A stretch of DNA of 64,000 nucleotides from Azolla caroliniana. Taxonomy: Eukaryota > Plantae > Polypodiophyta. Positions 51,145-64,000 of this stretch are shown here, piece by piece. The DNA lies in the NCBI GenBank assembly GCA_043228905.1, contig JBHGNT010000001.1:28396001-28460000 (forward strand), written 5' to 3'. The notes beneath the pieces were generated by a model. That model made no database searches. It worked only from the letters and a program-made list of their open reading frames with translations, and was not told where the DNA came from. The position numbers were made by a program, and so were the translations under genes. Every line of letters starts with the position of its first letter. Within the stretch, counting starts at the first letter, position 1.

Positions 51145-53768
51145 TTGTAACTCCACCATCGTCTGTTAGACGAGAACTAGCTCAAGATCAGTGCCTATGA
51201 GTCTCATTGTATTCCTCTCTTGGGGTTTGTAGACCCTGTAGTTTTTCCCTTTCGGGTTTTCCACGTTAAATATTGTGTCTTTATTTCTCGTTTTCTGCCC
51301 GTGTATTGTCTATCTCGTTTTTGCACCCGAACATTTGAACTTGAACCAGTTGTGGCCAGTCTCGATCTTGACATGTAGTCATGCAATTGACATGTATAAA
51401 TCCTTACTTGGAAAGCCTCCATTACTCTTTAACTCTTCTCTTTTACTTCAACCTCACTTTGATTCTCTCATGGAGCAAATTTTGGTAAATTTTCCATAAG
51501 AAGTGAATCTTAAAGGAGTTAAAGCATGGGATATCACATTACGAAACATTAAGATCATTCATCGTATGTATGGAGTAACTAATGGTCAATGAAGAAGAGG
51601 TCTTCTTCGACAAATCTCACAAGTTCTCTCTAGGTGTAATGCATTATTGATACATGCACGAAGAAGAGCTTTTTGATATCCAAAGCTAATTGCAGTTTAT
51701 TATTTCAATTGCAATGCCAAAGTTATCGTTATGCGAAGATGCATCAACTGAGGGATGGGCTCATAGATAATCAATGTCAATCTCATTTGTTTTTCCAAGC
51801 ATTACATCTTACTTATGCTCGATCTAGTGTGGTACATGTGAAGCAAGGGGATGAATTGATAGTGGATCCTACTACAATAATTGACATATGTGTTCATTAC
51901 TTTAAGGAGTTGATTGACCCACAGTTGTTAATGACAAATGAGGTGAGTAGAGCACGTCATGAGTTTTATGATGTGGTTGGATGTATTGTGCATGACCTCA
52001 TTAGTCATGAATTGGATGTGGATTTCACTGAGGATGAGGTGGACACGGTTTTAAGGCATCTTCCTACTGCTAAGAACCTTGTTTGGCTTGACAAATGAAA
52101 ATTTTAAGCGATATTCAAACATTTTAAAGGGGCCCTTAACTTTTATGTCTCAACATTCTTGGGATTCTGGTTGTATGCCTCGAGCTTGGAAGGTTGGTCT
52201 AATTAAATTAGTTCCAAAGGTGGCATCTCCCGAGTCATTTCATTAATGGAGACCTAATTCTTTGATGGAGGGGTTGTATAATATATTTACAAAGGTCTTG
52301 GCAAATAGATTACAAAAGTATTTACCAAAGTTGATACATCCTACCCAATATGGTTTTGTTGCAGGTAGGAATATATTGCATAATGTGTTGAATGTTCAAA
52401 TGGCCATGGATTATGTTTGAAACACTCATCAAGAATTGATTATGGTGCAATTAGATTTGGAGAAAGCTTATGATCATGTTAATTGGTCCTTTGTTTTTGA
52501 GTTAATGCATACAATGGGCTTTGGACCTCGTATGTCTCGTTTCATATTTTTATTAGAACAAGATGCGATATTTCGAGTAATGCTTAATGGGGGAGTTACA
52601 TCAAATATTGCCCTCACAAGATTTGTTCGTCAAGGATGCCCTCTTAGCCCATTGTTGTTTGCTATTGTTACTCATCCCTTGTTAGTGATATTATCAAGGA
52701 TTACAACAAATGGTGACATTGTGGGTCTACACATTTTGTCTATAGGGCAACTAGTAGCACAAGCTTTGGCTGATGATTCTTTCATGTTTCTACAAGCCTC
52801 ACGAGAGAATCTTGAGAAGGGGATGCTTGTATGGAACCAATTTGCATTGGCTTCTAGATTACATATTAATTGGAGGAAGTCTAGTCTCATATCATGTACT
52901 GAAAGGGATTTGGAATGTTTAGGATGGCAAGGATCCATGGTGAATAAAGGCTCTATTTTTCAACACTTGGGTTATCCATTAGGAATGAATGTTACTTGAT
53001 TGACAATTATTACGCATCCCGCCTAAGTATGGGTTTATTTGGCAACAACTACAAAATATTGTATTGAGGCAAGCTCCCTTGCCTCTACAAACAGGAGAAC
53101 AATCGTGGATTGATTTGTGTTTACGAGATCAAACGTCATTGTTACAAGTGACTACTAATCTTTCGTATCATTACTCTATTGAGTCTCTTGGATGGTAGAT
53201 CTTACAATGTAGTTGGCATTCTAAATTGCCACTTGTTGTAAAGGTCTTCATTTGGAGATTTTTGATTCGAGCATTGCCTTTGGGACTAGCAATCGGTAAT
53301 TGCTTTTTTTGCATTGTTCAAATGGAAGATAACACTCATCGATTTATACAATGTCTGATTGCTTGTCAAATTTGGAGTTACATTTCTCAAATCTGGCAAG
53401 TTTTATCACGATGTTATTTGACACCTAGACCGTGGGTGTTTGCACAATTTACACAGGTTGACCCAAAATCAGAGATGGAGATCATTTTTCTATTTCTAAG
53501 ATATTGGGGATTGCATCATAATTGGAACATGCGTAACACTTTTGTATTCGATGGTAGACATGGAGTGAAAGCATATCAACAAAAGTTGAAGGGAGTATTA
53601 ATGTGGCAATTTTCTTTATTGGAGCAAGTGAAAATTGTCTATTGGCAATTAAAATGTTCCTCTACCCATGTAGTGTAGTTAGTGGGTGACGATACTCCAT
53701 TGTCACACCCATTTAAAGTAGCATTTTTTACACACATTTATTAATATAATTGTGTGTTTTCACCAAAA
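50396..53768 (+). mobile_element. L1-clade LINE (copy E, same family as C), 5'-truncated in the endonuclease, internally deleted, flanked by (GA)n
   Basis: GIYAPN, MGDFN and SRLDRV endonuclease motifs; RT LDLEKAYDHV, QGCPLSP, LADD closely similar to copy C. Starts after (GA)7 at 50382-50395 and ends TTAATATAATTGTGTGTTTTCACCAAAA followed by GAGAGCGAGCGAG. Confidence 0.92.
50810..51373 (+). mobile_element. Solo LTR (copia-like) inserted in LINE E, carrying a (GA)n(GT)n microsatellite
   Basis: TG...CA termini with near-TSD TGTAC/TGTAG. Excision restores HFPICLEVCSHAIDMYKSLLGKPP. Contains GGGTTTTCCACGTTAAAT, reminiscent of copia LTR U5 regions. Microsatellite at about 51053-51142. Confidence 0.8.
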
Positions 53769-55514
53769 GAGAGCGAGCGAGTGAAATAGATAGATAGATT
53801 CTATTATCATCTTCAAAGGTCAAATATGACCTATGAGACCAAAAATATTACATTTCACGTGATATGTATGAAAGTGAGTAACGACTCTCAATGTTCAAGA
53901 ACTTTACCAATGAATGTTGCAATCGAGAGTGCACATTGTGGTTGTGAGAGAAATCCGTGCAAGGATTAGGCTTAGTTGAAGATGTGTGGAAAGCATCGTC
54001 GAATATAATTAAAGGTAGAGCATTGTATCAAAGTGTGATACTTAGACTCTCGAACTTGTTTAAGGCAAAGTGTGCATAGACGGCCACTCTCATCACTTGT
54101 GACCCAATACCCCGTCTCACATTGCAATGCATGTGAGCTAAGTCGCATGGAAACAATGGTTCAAATGGTAGATAACAAAATGGGCTCTAACATGTATCGA
54201 TGTGTACAATTTCCCCATTCCTCAAAGAATATGGTTTTATAGGTAGGTGCAACATGTGTCATATAATGTGTGAAGCATGAGCCTCCACATTTGTCCCATG
54301 TCATGATACAGTGGCATTGCAGAAAGGCCTCATTTACAAAGGAATCTAGTGATGCATCAAGAAGCAAATGTGTTGCATCCCTTCTACCAAATCCCTTTTT
54401 CAAATTTTATATCCAACCGAAGTACAACATTTTGATTTTATATGTCTTTTGGATCTTTTTGCTTGATTCCCATACGATTCCAAGAAGTCTACATGAGCAC
54501 ATATTCAACAACCCTTTCCATGGCCATGATCTCAATGGAAAGCGATCCCATCTCAAGGAAGAGGATATATAGCATTTATTTCTTAACTTGTAGAAACTTT
54601 ATAAGAAAATGTTTTTCGACATTTTTAAACTCTTTCCAAGTAGATTTAAGGATGCTACCACCCAAAGAGAAGCACCGAAGTGTCAAAAAGGTATTTCTTG
54701 AGGACCCAACACTTAATATCTCCCCAATTGCATGCCACTATGAAATTAACCCTTACATTTCATACTAGCATCTAATGAGTTAAGAGATATGTAATAATGA
54801 GGTAAGAAAAATTGGGTTTCAAACCCAAGACAATGCTCATAGTGTATCAATTTACCACTAGGGTAAACTACTTACAATAAAAAGAATAAGCCGAAGTCCA
54901 TGTATTGAACAAAATCGAGGATGATTATTTAACGTACAAATAATACTATCAACAAAATGGGGGATGATTATTCAATGTACAAATAATACTAAGAGAAAAT
55001 CAATTATAAGTCAAGGATAACTAACAATTCACTCCTCTCCCACTTCCTCTTTCTCGTTGAGTTTGGAGCCCATATTTTGAGTATTAGTTTACACCATCGT
55101 ATCATTTGGCACCCAATGTTCTTCCTCTCACACAACATTAATTGTTGTACAATACTAGCCACAAATGGCAATGCCAACTACGATGTTGCCATTGTTCTTA
55201 GGGATCCAAGTATAGGGAGAAGGGTTGACACAAAGGACACCCCAACATGAAAGGGACCAATACTTCTGCAAGACTAAAAAACTCACTTGGCGCATTTTGG
55301 CTCTTTTTCAGAACATCTGAATTAGATTTTTGGATGTAGCTGATTTTGCTTTTTACAATTACAATTGAGTTAACAATGATATCAAATGCCTTTCATCCTC
55401 TCACTTTCAAAGAATCATAATGAGCATTTGTAATTCACATAGATGTAGACAGGTATAGAAAGATGACTAAATAAATGTAGACATAGATGTAATAAATTAG
55501 AGACCCTCAATTTT

Positions 55515-58500
55515 TCAATCAAACCCAAACTTTTGAGAGCCCATCAAAGAGGAATATGTGCCACCCCTTCTTACAAGCTCAGCATGAGTACCAAGTTCTG
55601 CAATCTTTCCATCAACGCAAACTGCAATTTGATCTGCTTTTTGAACTGTACTAAGCCTATGTGCTATAACTAGGGTTGTTCGGCCCTGTCCCCAAACCAT
55701 AACAAAATGCATGAATTTCCAAGAAAGTAATACACATCCACCCATTTAAGATGGTCTTGAAACTGTACTGGGTAAATGGATATTAATATACCTTCATGAG
55801 CTTATCTAACGCATCCTGTACTAGTCGTTCGCTCACAGTGTCCAATGCACTAGTTGCCTGAACATGACATATTAATAATGCATGACTATAAACTCTCTAT
55901 CCACACTGTTGAGAAGATGGTTTGTTCGATTTTACCTCATCTAATATCAGTAAAGGTGCGTCTTTTAATAAAGCTCTTGCAATTGCTACCCTCTGCCAAA
56001 ACCAATTTCCAATACTTTATATGTCGAATAAATATGATGTTATTCAAACAAACATGGCAAATGATTGGGAATAACTGGTGGGTCAAAACAACTTACCTGC
56101 CGCTGACCTCCACTAAGCAAGCTTCCCCTTTCACCTACTAGTGTCTTATATCCCTACATAAAATTAACCTCTGAATAAGACCCACAATTAACTTCTCAAT
56201 TTCAATACTTAACAATCTTGGATGAGTTAATGCAATTCATACCATAGGCAATGATAAGATAAAATCATGTGCATTTGCTGCCTTGGCTGCAGCGATTATG
56301 CTCTCCAGTGTAACATCCTCGTTAGGCAAACCATAGGCAATGTTCTCTGCAATTGACATTGCAAATAGCACTGGCTCCTGCACCAAAAAGAATCATACAT
56401 TAATTCAAGGATGACAAGTTATTAGTTTGATTTTCCCCATCAAATGCATAAGAAGGCTTTAATAACTCTTAGTAAGTATAAATGCATTGGGAATGCCGTA
56501 TACTATCCTAGGAAACTGTCAGACACAAAAAGATTTAATCGTCAGTCATCAGCAAGGTCAATGAGAAGCCCAATGGCAATTACAGAAGTCAAATCCTGAA
56601 TGTCGAAGGAACCTCCACTCCGTAGAAACCTGTAGTTAATGTTGCCATTAAAAGGAAAATGAAGCCACCAGCTGTTTATAGAACATTTTGGTAGAATCAA
56701 GCACAACTATAAAAGCAAATATACTAGAATCAGTTCAAGCTCCCCCATGAGGAAGAAAAGTGAAACCTTGTCGTGTTTTTTCACACCAAACATTCCATAA
56801 CTCACAATCGATATTGGTGTTTTTATTTCAGGTTGCATTGCTATAAGCCAAAGAATCTCAAGAGATTGACAATCACGCATAGAGACAGATCACAACCATA
56901 TTATTAAAAGCTTTTCGCAGAAAAACATTCTGCTCCAAACACAGTTGTTTTGTAGTTCAATATATCCCACTAATTGTATCATAGAGATAACATTCTTCCT
57001 GTTTGTTCCATGGGATAGACCTTGGTTGGACACCACCACAGCACTGCAAGGTCGATACACGCAGTGTTTAATATCTTTCTTTTTTTGTTTTGAAGATTTA
57101 CCTTGGTATTAATGCAAAGATGCCCAAAGGCTACAAAGAACTCATATATGAAAACATAACCATCATGCCCACATCAACCAACATGTCGAATAGCAAAAGC
57201 CCTCACGCAGGTACCTTGGAAACTGCATTTATACATTTAAAATCGGGATCCTTCCATAATGGGGGGCGGAAAAAGCCACCGTGGTGGAGCATATCTCCAC
57301 TTTATTCTCTCCCCAAAAGAGGTTTCTCTAAAATGTTTAATATCCATTATTTATGGCTAGGATAACTGATATATCTAATCACAAAAACTTTGGGCACTAC
57401 CAAGGTGATATAATATCCATTAATTAAAGCTAGGATAACTGATATATCTAATCACAAAAAAATTGGGCACTACCAAGGTGATATATTATCCATTATTTAT
57501 AGCTAGGATAACTGATATATCTAATCAAAAAACAATTGGGCACTACCAAGGTGATATAATAAGATGAGAAACAAACAAAAAGTTCCAGAAAATTAAAATT
57601 TGCAGTTAAGCTGGACAGAAACATATTGTTAAGTGGATTTTTCCTCAAATCTCAACAAATGCAGCCAGTATGTGTAGGGGAAAAGGAATTCTATATTCTT
57701 AGTCAATTGGCGAAGACTTTTAAAATTATACCTGATTAACAATTGATACTGCTCTCGCCCACTCACTCTTGTCAAACCGTCGCACATCATCTCCTGCAAG
57801 TAGTATGCGACCTTTTGTTGGCTGATTAAGAAATGTACATATATTAGCTCAATGAATTCACATTCCAAGGACAATACTCATGATATGTGCAATATAAAAG
57901 CAATAGTTACTAATACACTAAGCACAATTCTTTCAGAATTGCCTTTGCTGATTCTGGGGGAAGTAATAGAGAGCAGGAGCCAAAACCTAAGAGATGTCAT
58001 TAATAGAGAGCATGGAAAAACCTCAGTTATATCACTTTTCTCAGCTTGTCTGGGCTGATACATCCCACTGTCCCATCAAAGTATCAATCATCTCACCCGG
58101 ATAAGAGGCAAAGGTTTACAATGTTCATATACAGTGAAAAAGAGATACTACAAGCAACTCCATTGGATAGTGCTTTATCTCACAAATCTCCCTGCATATT
58201 CAACTTTTAGTAAGACATGACACAATGTAGAGGCAAGATCTCTCTGGTGGCAAGGTGGAAGATCAATGATTTGGGTTGTAAGGGCCGAAATGTCAATAAA
58301 AAGATAGTTGCACTGGTAAGAGACTTATCAGTCAATTAAGTTTCAATATAGTTTCATATTATTTCATATCCTATTTTTCCTGATGGTTTCAATGGGTTTT
58401 ACACAGGGTACAATAACCCATCAAAGCTTAGTTGCATGAGCTCTTCAGGAGCCTCCTAAATTTATATGGTGCTTTTGTATTCAAACCTGAGAGTCTATAA

Positions 58501-61500
58501 TTGATATTGAAATTACACAATGCTGCTGTCTTTTACCCTGCATATCTATAATATTCTTGATCTTGAATTACAAAATATGTTCTTCATTCAAAATTGAGCA
58601 AGAAATTAGCAAGAGTAAATCAATTAAACCTCATAAAAGCGGGCAAGTAACTGTACTATTGTACTTTTTCCAGCACCACTAGAGCCAACAACTGCTGTTA
58701 TGGTGCCTTTCTTAAGAACTAGATTGATTCCTTTTAAGACCTCTGCATCTGGCCGTAATGGATAGGCAAAAACTACATCTGCATAATTCAACCGAAATGT
58801 CATCACCAAAATTAACTTGAACATTTAATTTTTCTTGTGGCAGAAATAGAAAAGGAATATCTACAATCTTTTCTTGAAAAAATTACTTTTGATATTTCAA
58901 CATGACTAACTCTGAATTCAGGGACAAACTCTGAAAGACCTGTCGTTTTTATTTCCCAATGCCTTTAGCCAACCTCAGAAAGAGGAAAACGCTCAGAAAG
59001 ACGAATTGACAATATAATTTCTCAAACAGATCCTATAGTTTCTCTTTTGGAGGTTGACCATTAGTGTTCAGAGGGGAAAAAATTCAGGGATATTTCAGAA
59101 TTTATTCTTAACTATTACTGCAAGACCTGATGTAAATAATTCTTGCCTTCCAAAACAACATCACCAGACCATGCGAGTTCACAAACCGTCTTTGTAACTG
59201 GAAATGACCCATCTGCCCTTGCTAGTCTATCATCGGAACTTGTTTCACCTGAACCAGTTCTACAATCCTCTTTCACATCTCTTTCTAGTCCATAGGCAAG
59301 TGATTCATCAACTTGAGTATCAGCCACAACAGAATTGATTCGATCGATGGCTACTAGGGCTGTACGAACATCCCCTAATGAATTGACTAACCCTTGGACC
59401 TGCATCATCCAAAATCCAGAGTATTCAAATCATAAGATAAATAACGGATTATATTGGCTTGGAGCTTTTCATCAAACTAGCCCATGAAAAATGACTTACA
59501 GCAAATGTGAGTGTGAAAGTATATCCGATAAAAGAAACCATTGTACTAACTGCAAGTTCACCCTGTGATCGATCAACAAAAACTGAAATTGCTTATAGGA
59601 ACAGAATCGAGAGACAACAGTAAAAATATAAAAGTAGAACTAGCAATGCTCTAAAATCACCCCAATGTGTCAGATGATCCAAATCAAGAAATTTGAGTAA
59701 ACAGATGACTTTTTTTGTGAAAAACAAATTTGTTATATACGTGTCATTTCCATCAGATTTCATGTTAAATACATAAATATACAATGACAGACCTATTCAA
59801 TCAGATTCCATACTATAGATACTACTTATATTAGTAGTCCAGTTAAGTCTCTAGGTTACAAGCCATTTTGCCACATTGAAATGGATGCATATTTCAGATA
59901 CCCGTCTGATATTGTGCATTTCATCAAAATAGTCTCAGAGTAACTTTGCAATCAATTGAAGTTACTATTAGTTATTCCAAACAGCTTTTAGCTTTTGCCA
60001 CATGTTCAAATTGATTCCATTTTATAAATAATAATGATAGCCTGCAAGTCCTGTCATGTTGATAGATTTCAAAGCATTTAAAGACCCCCATCTATGTCAT
60101 ATTGAAAAGGACATACATCTGACATAAGCAATGTGATATTGTGCATTACATACAAATTGTTTTCACATGAAACTTTTCAACAGATTGAACAACAAATATA
60201 ATCATTTTCCAATTTCAAAGTACAACAAGAAAAATCCAAAGTGGCACTTACTGCTTTCACTTTACTCCCACCAAGAATATAAAGAGCCATCAAAGAGATA
60301 TACACAACCACACGAGTCCATGATTCATTTGCAGATTTAAACCATCCAAGCTCTGTGCCACTTTGTTGATAAGCTCGCACCTATATCAAAACTTATATTT
60401 TGCAAATTGAGACAAAGTATACAAGAAACAGAAAAACAAAATGCATGCATTATCTCAAAAGAAATAAATGGCAGAGATGCAACCTGTTCATCAAAGACTG
60501 ATATCTGCCGTCGCTCACCACCAAATGACCGTACCTATTTTAAAGAAGAAAGAGAACTGATGAAATTATTTGCAAAGAAAATATTGTAACACTATCTATC
60601 TCCACATATGTGGGCAAATATTTTTCTTATTATATGAAATTACTATAGGTCTTTTTATAATCCATACCTTCTCCATCTGACATGTGTGTAGATAAACAGT
60701 AATTCATCTTCTCTATAAAAGGATCAGATAAAATGTGTTGTGATCATGGAGCAAAATGGCTTATAATACATATGTGCATGCCGTCATGCATTCACATTAT
60801 GAGACAAACATAACTCATAGTGAAGGCAATATGTCTGTCTCCAGCAATTGAGTGCCAGAAAGTGGTCCTCATTTTAGGAACTCGTCTTCAGTGTGTATGA
60901 GGAAGATATATGTAAGTGTAAAGCTGAACTAGTGCAATGTGTGCCTCCAGTGATATGAGCTCTTGAGCACATTCGTGTAAATGTGCGTGCATGTGTATGT
61001 GATGAGGCGTCTTTAATGATGTACTATGATGGGTTTGTTGCAAAAGTCCTCTTCCTAGGTGGTAGATATCTTCTTCTCATCTCATAGTAAGACTGGGCAA
61101 TGGCATACATAATGCTTCTTAAATTCAACTTCTTGATTGCAAAGTTTGCAGATACTGCCCAGTTTATGTCCTCAGACAACGGGATGATGTCTGCACATGT
61201 ACCATGTGTCTCTTATATGAATACATCCAAGGACAAATATAAGAGGACAAACTAATTATCCATCTTTAAGCCTATGTGCATTGTTGAATTGTTCCAAGTT
61301 TGTTGTATCAACTTCAATTATTTCCTCTCATATCCATATCCCAACGTTTGTCATATCCATGCCATGTACTTGGAACTAATTTTCATTTGTGAATACTAAC
61401 AATTGGTCTCACCTTCCTCTATTAATTTTATAGATCAGGCAAGCACCAACCATGGATAATGATGCCTAGGTAATTCCCTGATTCAGCTCTAAATATTAGA

Positions 61501-63690
61501 TAATGCCTGTGACTATTAGGCCTACTCCAATCTCAGCTCTAACAATATCATGTGGTGCTGTAGGAGATACTTAGAGCTGAGTTGGGAGCATGGGCATGAG
61601 TACTCTAGAAAAAGTGGGTGATAAGGGATACCCTCATTTTATCCAAATAATGCTAGCCACCTTGTCTGATATTTCTCTTGGGGTAACTCATAGAGCGTAT
61701 AAATCCCCCACTGCATTTGGCTCCTCAATAGAGTATGAGTTTAGATCATGGTACTGCGGCAAGGGCAGTCTACAAAACCACAATAGATCTTCCTTCCATG
61801 GGTTCTAACGTCAATATGTGGTCTAGGGGGTGAATCCCCTCCTAACACATGCTTGTCCTTGGACCTGACGTCAAAGTTTCTTTGTCCACACCTAATGTCC
61901 AAGTTCCATTGCCCATTCCTTCAACTCCAACTCCAACTCACAAATTGATCAATAAAGTTTGTCCAAATAATGACCCATCATGATTGTATTGTAGTCCAGC
62001 ATAAATGGAACTGTCCTCAAATATTATAAGATATTCTGTTCAGCTAGTTAAGAATTCACTTTATACCGATCTATTAAATATTTACACTAGAAGTGGAGCC
62101 GAAGTATCAAGTCCATGCATCAAAAGTTCTCCTAACATGCCATCATGAGATTGGGTTTTCCCCTTTCCAGTGTCTTCAATCATATTAATCACCAGTGCTC
62201 TAGAGAAAATCATGCAGCAAATTGGCTGTGACCCTGTGCGGTAGGTTGCCTCTCATTAAACATATTCCATGCTCTTTTACTTTCTTGGCCTAGAAACAAG
62301 CGATACAAATGATCTTCAAATTTAGCCAAATACAATCTCTTCTTCTTCCTTACGAAGCATTGGAAATCAATTATAAATCTTCATGGTATCTTGAGAAATA
62401 AATTATAAAGCTATGTTTCCACCTTACTGAAAAATGCCTGCAGCATCTCTTACTTCAGTGTACATACAACTGTTCAAATTTCACATTGTCGGTGGGTTCA
62501 TCTTGAAATTTCAAGAGAGACGAGAGGAAAAGATGGAAAGAGAAGTGATGTTTCTTATCTCAGATTCACCACGCATTGCTCAATTATTTCAAAAAATATA
62601 TCCCATGGAAAAACTTAAAATCATGCAGATGAGCTTACCGTACGTATGGCAGCAAAAGTCTCACTAGCCCAATCACTTATCCGAGCTTGCGCTAAACCAT
62701 GGGATATGAATATTGGTACAGTAGTCCTCTTATAGATACCTTTACAATGCCAAAGAAACAAAATTTTCGATAAAGCGATATTAACATGGGACATAAAAGA
62801 ATACTCTAAATTATGTTGGTATTATGATTGAATCATGCATAACATCAATAAATATAAAACTTACAGCCAGAGGACATATAAAAATAAGAAAGAAAGTATG
62901 GCAGCATAATATACTTTTATGGGTAAAGGAAAAACAACAATACACACAACACAACACCTTCCAGAAAGAATCTTTTCCACTTCAAAACAGGACACCTGCA
63001 GTAAAGTATTATTACTCAGATAATAGCTGCCTCCCACAAACTACCTGATTTTCATTAGTCACCCAGAAAATTGTTTCGTTTCTCATCCATGGTGGAGACA
63101 GTAAATGTTTATAGGTTAGAACTGCTTTAAGAACTAGGAATAATTTCAGCCAATCTTGTAAGATTTTTCATAATTGACCCTATGAAAAGGCCCTCAACTG
63201 TATTATCTCAGTATCGAATTGCTCAGGAAACTCTCCAAACTTTCACAGGCACTAATATTATTGTGTCCTTTCCGTCTCTAAGCTCATTGTGTTTTCAGGA
63301 GTTTATTGTATGCCTTCCATTGCTAAACTTTCCGGGAGATATGTAAGAGCTATACAGAAAAGAACTCTATAGCAGGTGGTTGGTCATAATACTGTTTTAG
63401 GGGAGTCTCTAAAGTTAATGGAAAATTCTAAACATCAGTTAACTGAAATAAGTGAATCCTCAGAACCAAGACAGGATCCGGCACTTTATTAATTGTACCA
63501 CCTGGTTAAGATAAACAAAACTTAAACACAAATGTTTACGAAGTCCAGAAGTGAGAACCTTCAAACATATCTTTCTAGCAATATTTATATATGATATACC
63601 AACTAGAACTGAAATGCACAGGATTAGCAAGCCAAGGACGGGCGCGAGCTGCGGTGACAGAGTAAACAATATTGCCAGTGTACCAACTGT
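55515..63690 (-). CDS. ABCB28: ABC transporter B family half-transporter, ABCB28/NAP8-like, 5'-partial; exons 63690-63600, 62739-62639, 60534-60484, 60380-60252, 59562-59500, 59399-59147, 58778-58630, 57821-57732, 56377-56243, 56153-56097, 55992-55936, 55857-55792, 55685-55515
   Basis: Spliced translation gives TM helices ([13 protein letters not shown]), Walker [11 protein letters not shown]-loop VNQEPVLF, signature LSGGQRQ, Walker B LLILDEATSALD and H-loop IAHRLST. All exon phases are consistent. The orthology call is from recalled similarity to Arabidopsis ABCB28. Confidence 0.9.
57340..57558. repeat. Three-copy intronic tandem repeat, unit about 72 bp
   Basis: ATCCATTA...GCTAGGATAACTGATATATCTAATCA.AAAAA..TTGGGCACTACCAAGGTGATATA occurs three times. 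Confidence 0.9.
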
Positions 63691-64000
63691 CTGCAAATAT
63701 GATAAAATTACAACCAAAATCAAGCTTTATTAAGGTTAATTCCATATGTAACCCAGTTCCTATGCCATGGTAAATAGATGCATGAGACGTGTATCTATGC
63801 AGTGGGGGTATAAACGATTATTCCCAGTTCGGCCGGACTCCTCGACATTGCAGTACTTTTTAAAATCTACTTGTCCCATCTAGCAAAACACCATGAAAGA
63901 CCAGCAATGCATCCAGATGCCACAGATCAATATACAAAGAGGAGATGGAGAAAATAAGTAAAATAAGTACAAAAAAGTTCATGATAAATTTTTTATAATG

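Noticed and set aside
57340-57558. CRISPR-like array
   Set aside because: The units are contiguous tandem copies with no unique spacers, lie in a plant intron, and have no cas genes nearby.

Overview
Eukaryotic plant nuclear DNA, inferred to be a fern or other non-seed vascular plant from the style of its PLS-PPR repeats and LINEs. Five host genes can be built by hand: two three-exon alpha-expansins (+), an intronless PLS/E-class PPR (-), a P-class PPR with two small upstream coding exons (-), and the 3' part of an ABCB28-like half ABC transporter (-, runs off the window, one GC-AG intron). There is also a PLS-PPR pseudogene fragment. Most of the rest is layered transposon sequence: the 3' end and LTR of a copia element, decayed gypsy pieces, five L1-clade LINE copies, two solo LTRs nested in LINEs, a LINE nested in a LINE, and hAT-type MITEs. 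Several insertions have exact target-site duplications whose removal restores the interrupted reading frame. The most notable observation is a LINE family whose two independently 5'-truncated copies both sit inside (GA)n tracts and lack a long poly(A) tail, suggesting microsatellite-targeted retrotransposition. Three other, divergent poly(A) LINEs share a short 3'-terminal motif. All calls come from reading the sequence; no database searches were run.
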